Assembly (NCBI GenBank): GCA_002748355.1
Contig: PDSF01000049.1
Span: 7,864-71,863 of the forward strand
DNA length: 64,000 nucleotides
Source: Planctomycetota bacterium
GTDB taxonomy: Bacteria > Planctomycetota > UBA1135 > GCA-002748355
Direction of reading: 5' to 3'
Shown here: positions 57,279 to 64,000 of the stretch, one piece after another
How the letters are laid out: each line of letters opens with the position of its first letter
Numbering within the stretch: position 1 is the stretch's first letter
Made by a program: the position numbers and the translations under genes
Notes under the pieces: model-generated
Databases searched by the model: none
What the model was told of the DNA's origin: nothing
What the model saw: only the letters and a program-made list of their open reading frames with translations

Positions 57279-58715
57279 ATGGGTTGGTACATCTACCTCT
57301 ACATCCTGGGCAGCGCCTTCTTCATCATTGGTATGAAGGGCCTGACTCGGGTCAAAACCGCACGCAGTTCCCTGCGCCTTGCCGCGCTAGGCATGGCCCT
57401 CGCCATGATCGCGGCGATTATTCAGACGACCGGGATCAGTTGGTGGATGCTGCTGCTTGGCCTGGCCATCGGCAGCGCCATTGGTGGTTACCTGGCGGTG
57501 AGCGTGCCGATGACGGCCATGCCAGAACTCGTCGCGGCCTTCAATGGCTTTGGCGGTGTGGCCTCGGCCTTCGTGGCTTTCGCGGCGGCAGCCAAGTTCG
57601 CTGGGATCGCCGATATTGCTGGGATAGGGCGATTCGCTGGAGCCCGGAATGTTGGATTGACGCTTTCCCAGGCCGGGCTGTCTGGCTGGATCATGCCTGC
57701 CACCGTCTTTATTGGCATGCTGACCCTGGTCGGCAGCTTTGTCGCCTACTTCAAGCTGGGCGGCAAGAAGATGCTGCACCCACTGCAGGGCGCTAAGCGA
57801 AACCAGTTCCATATCGCCCTCGGTGTGGTCTCCCTCGGCATGGTCTTCTGGTCCGTTTTCGGCGGCACTGGCGCTGGTCTGTGGATTCCGATGATCATCA
57901 TCGCGATTACCGGCGGCCTGCTTGGCTGGTACCTAACTCTGCCGATTGGCGGTGCCGACATGCCGGTGGTGGTGGCCCTGCTCAACAGTTATTCCGGTAT
58001 CGCCGCGGCGGCTTCGGGCTTTGTGATCGGTAACTTCATGCTGATTACCGGCGGTGCACTTGTCGGTGCCTCGGGCCTGATCTTGACCAAGATCATGTGC
58101 AAGGCGATGAACCGCTCGCTCGGCAACGTGCTGATCGGCGGCATCGGCGACGACAGCCAGGCGGAGGATGCTCGCGACTACACGAATGTCAAAGAGACCA
58201 GCCCTGAAGAAGTCGCGATGCTCTGCGCCGACGCAACGAGTGTCGTGATTGTGCCGGGTTATGGCCTCGCCGTTGCCCAGGCCCAGCACGTGACCCGTGA
58301 GTTGGCTGATGAGCTGATCAAGGCCGGCGTCGAAGTTCGCTATGCGATCCATCCTGTTGCTGGGCGCATGCCCGGTCACATGAACGTCCTCCTTGCCGAG
58401 GCTGATGTGCCGGTCGAGCAGCTCTTCGAGATGGACCAGATCAACGCCGACTTTAAGCAGACAGACCTGGTCATCGTTACCGGCGCGAATGATGTCGTGA
58501 ACCCTGTGGCTCGCACCGACCCCCAAAGTCCGATTGCTGGCATGCCAATCCTGGACGTGATCCAGGCCCAGACAGTGGTCGTGATCAAACGTTCGCTCAG
58601 TCCTGGCTATGCGGGGATCAAGAACCCACTCTTCGAGGCGGATAACTGCCTGATGCTCTTCTCTGATGCGAAGAAGGCTCTCACCGAGATGGTCGAGGAG
58701 GTTAAGGACCTCTGA
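57279..58715 (+). CDS. pntB: NAD(P) transhydrogenase beta subunit
   Basis: MPELVAAFNG, IGGADMPVV, PGYGLAVAQAQH, HPVAGRMPGHMNVLLAEA. Confidence 0.97.
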   Translation: MGWYIYLYILGSAFFIIGMKGLTRVKTARSSLRLAALGMALAMIAAIIQTTGISWWMLLLGLAIGSAIGGYLAVSVPMTAMPELVAAFNGFGGVASAFVAFAAAAKFAGIADIAGIGRFAGARNVGLTLSQAGLSGWIMPATVFIGMLTLVGSFVAYFKLGGKKMLHPLQGAKRNQFHIALGVVSLGMVFWSVFGGTGAGLWIPMIIIAITGGLLGWYLTLPIGGADMPVVVALLNSYSGIAAAASGFVIGNFMLITGGALVGASGLILTKIMCKAMNRSLGNVLIGGIGDDSQAEDARDYTNVKETSPEEVAMLCADATSVVIVPGYGLAVAQAQHVTRELADELIKAGVEVRYAIHPVAGRMPGHMNVLLAEADVPVEQLFEMDQINADFKQTDLVIVTGANDVVNPVARTDPQSPIAGMPILDVIQAQTVVVIKRSLSPGYAGIKNPLFEADNCLMLFSDAKKALTEMVEEVKDL

Positions 58716-58777
58716 TAGAGAGCCCTGGGTAGCGTCGATCCAGGCGCTTAGCCTCGGCTCCCATCTCCAACGGTGCT

Positions 58778-58820
58778 AGCGGGCAGAGTGCTCTTCGGAG
58801 ACCTTTGCCCGCTTCTTTGT
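58778..58820 (+). terminator. Intrinsic terminator of the pnt operon
   Basis: AGCGGGCAGAG..CTC-TTCG-GAG..TTTGCCCGCT followed by TCTTTGT. Confidence 0.7.
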
Positions 58821-59181
58821 ACAGATCCGGGCCGTAGCTGCCTGGGCTATCGGGTTGCTCCCTGTCTGCGAGTGCCTGCCTGGGCGAGAGTTGCGGGGTA
58901 TACCCGCCTCAGGAGTCAGGTTTCGGAGTTCCTTTGTCCAGGGTGTGACAAAGAGCTTGCGAGGGCAGGAAGGAAACTGCGCCAAGATCTGAAAAACTTG
59001 ATCAGTGCCACCGAGGAGCCGCGTAGGCCTCTCGAGACCTGGCAGCTGCCTCTTTGGAGTCAGCAGTCTCTTTCCCCTTCGTCTGTCAAGCTCAAGTGCT
59101 TCTGCCCTCGTTTCTCTGAGGTCTTGTTGCCCGGCTGCTGACCTCTCTTTCTTCCGTGAACTCTGTCCGAGGTTTTTCCCT

Positions 59182-60708
59182 ATGAATCCGCTTACAGGCG
59201 TAGCCCGCGCCTCTCGCGTAAGTTCGGCTCGACACGTGGTTGTGCCGGGCCCCGTGCTTCCCGGTTCTGGTGGCCGACCCTTGGCGAGTGCGCATGAGGA
59301 TCTGAGTCCTTGGCAGCCGAGTGCCCAGGATCGGTGGGACGCGAGGAAGGCTCGCCATCTGATGCGGCGTGCGGGTTTCTCGGCGCCTGGGAAGGACATC
59401 GATAGTCTCGTCAAGATTGGGCACAAGCTGGCGATCGACATCGTGCTGCTGATGCCGGGGGAGGTCATTCCGGTTGCGGGTATCTTCCAGCTGCCGCACG
59501 GCGAGTTGATCAACCTGTCGAGTCGGAAGGAATCGGTTGCGGCCTGGCTTTATTTGATGGCCAACAGCAAGTGGCAGTTACAGGAGAAGATGGCACTCTT
59601 CTGGCACGACCACTTCGCCACTGGCATCAGCAAGGTGCGCTATCCCGAGCTGATGACGCGGCAGATCAACCTGTTCAGGCGTGAGGGGCTGGGCAACTTC
59701 CGAGACTTGTTGATCGAAGTTAGTGCTGACCCGGCGATGCTTTACTGGCTCGACAACCGCTTGAGCCGTGCGAGAAAGCCTAACGAGAACTACGCCCGCG
59801 AGATTATCGAACTCTTCTCGATGGGGGTTGGTAGCGGTTACACGGAGAAGGACATTCAGGAGGCGGCCCGCTGTTTTTCTGGGTGGTACTGCATTCTCGA
59901 CCGTTCCGTTTTCCAGCCGCGTTACCACGACTTTGGCCAGAAGCAGGTCCTTGGTAAGACCATCTACAACCCGAAGGATGGGCGCCAGGACGGCATTGAT
60001 GTGATCGACGCCATTTTGGCTCAGCCGGCGACAGCAAAGTACATGGTCAAGAAGATCTGGGAGTACTTCGTTTACTTGCGTCCGAGCCAGAAGCTCGTCG
60101 ACGAGTTGGCGGCCCGCTGGCGCAAGGACGGCTATGACATTCGGGCACTGATGGAGATCATCCTTCGGTCCAAGGCATTCTTCTCCAGCCACGCCTACCG
60201 CAAGCTGGTGAAGAGCCCGCCGGAGTTCGTTATTGGGGCCATGCGGCAAATGAACTCCAGTGCCGTTGACTATGGCTATTTGAGCCAACTGGTCGGGGGA
60301 ATGGGTTTGCAGCTCTACGACTATTCGGACCCCGACGGCCTCGAAGAGGGCGCGGCGTGGATTAACTCGCAGACGGTTATCAATCGCAGCAACTTTGCGA
60401 TGGAGTTCATCCGTCAGGGCTACAGTCGGCTCCGCTACCTCCCGAGCTCGCGCTCCCACCTGCCGCCGATGGATCCTTGGGCTGAGGTGAAAAAGCACAA
60501 TCTCGATACGCCGGATAAGATCGTCGACTTTTACCTCGAACTGCTTGTTGACAGTGATGTGCCCAAGATGGTGCGGAGCAATCTCGTCGCATATATGACG
60601 CGCACCGACACTGGGACTCGAAGTTGGAACGCTAAGCAGCACGTGCCGGAGAAAGTCACTGGCTTATGTCACCTGATCCTTGCGCTTCCCGAAGCGCAGA
60701 TGAACTGA
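59182..60708 (+). CDS. DUF1800 domain protein
   Basis: HLMRRAGF, EKMALFWHDHFAT, DPAMLYWLDN, NENYAREIIELF; start uncertain. Confidence 0.92.
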   Translation: MNPLTGVARASRVSSARHVVVPGPVLPGSGGRPLASAHEDLSPWQPSAQDRWDARKARHLMRRAGFSAPGKDIDSLVKIGHKLAIDIVLLMPGEVIPVAGIFQLPHGELINLSSRKESVAAWLYLMANSKWQLQEKMALFWHDHFATGISKVRYPELMTRQINLFRREGLGNFRDLLIEVSADPAMLYWLDNRLSRARKPNENYAREIIELFSMGVGSGYTEKDIQEAARCFSGWYCILDRSVFQPRYHDFGQKQVLGKTIYNPKDGRQDGIDVIDAILAQPATAKYMVKKIWEYFVYLRPSQKLVDELAARWRKDGYDIRALMEIILRSKAFFSSHAYRKLVKSPPEFVIGAMRQMNSSAVDYGYLSQLVGGMGLQLYDYSDPDGLEEGAAWINSQTVINRSNFAMEFIRQGYSRLRYLPSSRSHLPPMDPWAEVKKHNLDTPDKIVDFYLELLVDSDVPKMVRSNLVAYMTRTDTGTRSWNAKQHVPEKVTGLCHLILALPEAQMN

Positions 60709-60724
60709 AGAGGAGGCAGGGATC

Positions 60725-62011
60725 ATGACCCCTCACTCGACTCGTCGTTCTTTCCTCAAGAGCAGTCTCGCTGGTGGCCTAGGCGCTGGCTTGACGCTGC
60801 CGAATCTGAATCTACTTGGCAAAAAGCAGCTTGCCGCCGCTGCACCGGAGGATCAGATCCTGATCGTCTTCCAGCTGCGAGGTGGCAACGATGCCTGGAA
60901 CAACCTGTTCCCAGCCAAGCACTCGACTTTCCGGGCGGCTCGGAGCCAGCTCGCGATCCCGGTGTCGAAGGCGATCCAGCTGAAGGCCAACTCGGACCTC
61001 TACCTGCACCCGGCGCTGGCGCCGCTGAAGAAGCGCTTCGACGCGGGTGAAGTCGCCATGCTGCCGGGCGTCGGTTACCCGAACCCCAACTACTCCCACT
61101 TTCGTTCGCTAGACATTGTTGCAGCCTTCGATCCAAAGGCGGCGACGGCCTACCGCGGTTGGCTGGCGGAGTATTTGAAGCATGGCTACACCGGCTCTTA
61201 TGCGATTCCGGCCATCGACTTCGAGAGCCGGCTCAACCGCATGTTCGTGGGGCGTCCGGTGCCGACCTTTACCAAGCCCTCTGCCTTTAAGTTCCGGTTC
61301 GATCCTGCTACGCCAGTTGACGACCAGGTCGAGGCGGCGCTGCTTGAGTCGAACGCAAAGGTGCTTCGCGCGGGGGCGGGAGCAGAACTGGACTTCACAA
61401 CCAAGGCCGTTGCCTCGGCTCCGGCGGATGCGAATTTGATCCAAGCTACCGGGGCAAACTGGTCGCCTAAGTCCTCGCTGTGGCCGAGCGCCAACCGTCG
61501 TGATCGGCATGTCACTCGCTACCTGCAGTACTGTGCCCGCTACATCATTAGTGGACTTAAGACGCAGGTTTATCTCTTCAGTCTCGGAGGTTTCGACACG
61601 CACGCGAACCAGGTGGCTAACGGTAGTCCCGAGCAGGGCAATCATGCGGACTTGCTTGGGGCCATGGCACAGGGGATTGACGCCTTCTTCGATGAACTCA
61701 AGCGTGCCGGTCAGGAGAAGCGTGCGGTCGTTTACGTCTGCAGCGAGTTCGGCCGGCGTGCCGGAGAAAATGCCAATCTAGGCTCTGACCACGGCGCTGC
61801 GGGTATCTCGTACCTCGTCGGACCCCAGGTCAAGGGTGGTGTGCATAGTCCCTACCCGGACTGGTCGAAGGTGAGCAAGCCATATAACCGGGCAAACATC
61901 CAATACACCGTCGACTTCCGTTCGGTCTACGCGACGATTATCGAAAAGTATTGGAAGGTTGACCACAGCAAGGTGCTTGGGCAGAAGTTCCCGTTGCTGG
62001 GCCTTTTCTAA
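60725..62011 (+). CDS. DUF1501 domain protein (Tat substrate)
   Basis: TRRSFLK, LRGGND, GYPNPNYSHF, GGFDTH, SEFGRR, SDHG. Confidence 0.93.
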   Translation: MTPHSTRRSFLKSSLAGGLGAGLTLPNLNLLGKKQLAAAAPEDQILIVFQLRGGNDAWNNLFPAKHSTFRAARSQLAIPVSKAIQLKANSDLYLHPALAPLKKRFDAGEVAMLPGVGYPNPNYSHFRSLDIVAAFDPKAATAYRGWLAEYLKHGYTGSYAIPAIDFESRLNRMFVGRPVPTFTKPSAFKFRFDPATPVDDQVEAALLESNAKVLRAGAGAELDFTTKAVASAPADANLIQATGANWSPKSSLWPSANRRDRHVTRYLQYCARYIISGLKTQVYLFSLGGFDTHANQVANGSPEQGNHADLLGAMAQGIDAFFDELKRAGQEKRAVVYVCSEFGRRAGENANLGSDHGAAGISYLVGPQVKGGVHSPYPDWSKVSKPYNRANIQYTVDFRSVYATIIEKYWKVDHSKVLGQKFPLLGLF

Positions 62012-62040
62012 GGCGGAGTTCCTAGAGTAGAGAGATCCAT

Positions 62041-62457
62041 ATGCAGCAGCACCTGCGCGAGTTCGTTATCGCAACGCGGGGTCCCGGCGCCGTCGACATA
62101 AGTGACGAGCTTTGCGCTTGGGTACGGGACTGCGGAGTCGAACAGGGTCTATTGACCCTGCTGGTTCGGCATACCTCGGCCTCGCTGGTTATCCAGGAGA
62201 ATGCCGATCCTCAGGTTTTGGTCGATCTACAGAACTACCTGGATCGTCTCGCGCCGCATAACGATCCGCGCTACCTGCATACGGCGGAGGGGCCGGACGA
62301 TATGCCGGCGCACCTGCGATCGGCGCTGACCAGCACGACCCTTTCGCTGCCGGTCATGGGAGGCCGCCCGGCGCTGGGGACCTGGCAGGCGATCTACCTG
62401 TGGGAGCACCGGGATCAAGGGCACAGGCGGCGGATCGCAGCTCAGCTGCTGGGTTGA
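62041..62457 (+). CDS. yjbQ: YjbQ/UPF0047 family protein
   Basis: HTSASLVIQENADP, EGPDDMPAH, LGTWQAIYLWEHR. Confidence 0.92.
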   Translation: MQQHLREFVIATRGPGAVDISDELCAWVRDCGVEQGLLTLLVRHTSASLVIQENADPQVLVDLQNYLDRLAPHNDPRYLHTAEGPDDMPAHLRSALTSTTLSLPVMGGRPALGTWQAIYLWEHRDQGHRRRIAAQLLG

Positions 62458-62528
62458 TGCAGCTCCTGTGCCGGGCGGGTTCCGAGTGTCTGCTTTGTCG
62501 GCAGGCAGGGACCCTGCCTGGCACTGGC

Positions 62529-64000
62529 TCATTTCCATCGTTGCCCAGGCAGGGGAGGATCCTCGTTTCGTAGGCGTAGCTCCAGCTTTTGTGGACCAGG
62601 GCGTAGCCCCTGCTTTCGTGCCAGGTAAGCCTCGCTCCCGCGAAGCAACCTAGCTTCCACGGCATAGAAGCCCGGAGCCAGCCCGGCGAACTCGAAGCTC
62701 CCGTCCGATTCGCTACTGATCTCTCGGACGTAATTGCTGCCGCCGAGGGTCTGGTTGCGCAGGGTTAGCGAGACTCCTGCGGCTGGATTTCCCGATCGGC
62801 TGCGGACGATGCCGTGTAAGCGCATGCCGCGCTGGAGTTCGATATGGCGCGTGAGGGCTTTGCTGCCTTGGATGCGCAGCAGCCGCTCTTCGGGGACGAA
62901 GAGCTTGCTCTCAAGTCGCATCTGCCATTCACCCGGCCAAAGGCTCGGCACATGGATGCGCCCATGGCCGTCTGCGTAGGCGAGGATGGGCGGATGTAGT
63001 TCGGAGAGCTGCTCTGCGCCGTCGAGGCGGAGCGGGTAGAGCAGTAGCCTGGCCGCAGCCGCTGGCCGGCCGTCATCACGAATGACGCTTAGAGTCAGGG
63101 AGGGGCAGGACTCTCGAGGCAGCAGGGTGATCGTTTCCTCTCTGTGCGCCGGGACCCGGGTCACGAGGCGAGCCGCTCCACGGCCCCAAAACATCATCAG
63201 AAGATCCTGTTCGGGTAAGCCTTGGATCTGCAGCTCTTGGCTTTTTTCGCTCGAAACTCGGAGGCTTTCGCTACGCCATGAGAGGCGGCCCCGTTCGCGC
63301 CAAGCAAAGACGGCCAGGCCCTCGAGTTTGCCAGGCAGAAGCAGATGGACACGGCGAGCGCTGGGGACTTTGGCCTGGAGTTCATAGACCCTGCCGCTGG
63401 CGAAGGGCCCGAGCTCACGGTCGATCCTTAGTCCCGAGTCGAGGTGGAGGCCCAGGCGCAGGACGAGCGCGAGAGCAGGCACCGCGCGCGATGCTCCGAG
63501 AGAGGCGGGGGCCGGCGGTTCCAGGAGCGGGGGCAGAGAGATCCGCAGCAGATGAGGAGCTCGCTCCGCTTGAATCTTCACGTGGACCTGGGCTGGAGGG
63601 TTGAGCTTTGGCTGAAGTCGCTGCTCTTTGCCAGGGCGAAGCCAAATGCGGAGCTCCGTTGCATAGGTCCGTTCGTCGACGATGCGCAAGCGGTAGGGGC
63701 CGGCCGGTACTGCGCCAAAGTCGAGCTCTTCCCGGGCCTGCCCGGCACGGAAGAGGAACTCCTCGCCGACATCGCGGTCGAGGGCATGGAGGGTGTAGCG
63801 GAAGTGTCGCCGCGGCAGCCGCAGCACTAAGCGGCTCGCTGGCATCAGGGTCAGAGCTTGCAGGCGCCGTCCGCGAGGATCGGGGAGCAGCTGCGAGCGT
63901 ATCGCCGAGACTTGGCGGCCGTCGGCAGATCGGGCCCAAATGCGGTAGAGCCTGCCCTTGCTGAGTTGAAGGCGAGCGAGTCCGTGAGCATCGCTGCGAG
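62529..64000 (-). CDS. Carboxypeptidase-regulatory-like repeat protein (5' end beyond window)
   Basis: Repeated G.PAA.., D..G.F.F.GL.PG.Y units; the frame stays open from 63845 to the window edge (..SDAHGLARL..). Confidence 0.75.
   Translation of the reverse strand, partial: RSDAHGLARLQLSKGRLYRIWARSADGRQVSAIRSQLLPDPRGRRLQALTLMPASRLVLRLPRRHFRYTLHALDRDVGEEFLFRAGQAREELDFGAVPAGPYRLRIVDERTYATELRIWLRPGKEQRLQPKLNPPAQVHVKIQAERAPHLLRISLPPLLEPPAPASLGASRAVPALALVLRLGLHLDSGLRIDRELGPFASGRVYELQAKVPSARRVHLLLPGKLEGLAVFAWRERGRLSWRSESLRVSSEKSQELQIQGLPEQDLLMMFWGRGAARLVTRVPAHREETITLLPRESCPSLTLSVIRDDGRPAAAARLLLYPLRLDGAEQLSELHPPILAYADGHGRIHVPSLWPGEWQMRLESKLFVPEERLLRIQGSKALTRHIELQRGMRLHGIVRSRSGNPAAGVSLTLRNQTLGGSNYVREISSESDGSFEFAGLAPGFYAVEARLLRGSEAYLARKQGLRPGPQKLELRLRNEDPPLPGQRWK

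Overview
GC-rich bacterial chromosomal segment; the gene content (DUF1800/DUF1501 pair, secreted proteins with a 'FGxGC' tail, DUF3352-like protein) suggests an uncultured Planctomycetota lineage (inference). The first ~11.4 kb is a tightly coupled minus-strand hybrid NRPS-PKS assembly line: A-PCP, then KS-AT*-ACP-aminotransferase, then C-A-PCP-C-PCP-TE. The third gene (1..5079) runs off the window and is absent from the ORF track. This cluster is the best candidate for an undescribed system: it has a degenerate AT, an A-less terminal module, an unusual A-domain code and a candidate docking pair. The rest is mostly housekeeping or accessory: DJ-1, HtrA, RND pump, NamZ, RocD, MCC beta, histidine kinase, M61 peptidase, a tryptophanase variant, groES/groEL, Ino1, glycosyltransferases, acetate-CoA ligase, an ArsP/thioredoxin/ArsF/ArsG-like operon with a deletion-frameshift, pntAB, DUF1800/1501 and YjbQ. 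I saw no rRNA, intact tRNA, CRISPR array or transposase. Family assignments come from motif recognition, not database searches.
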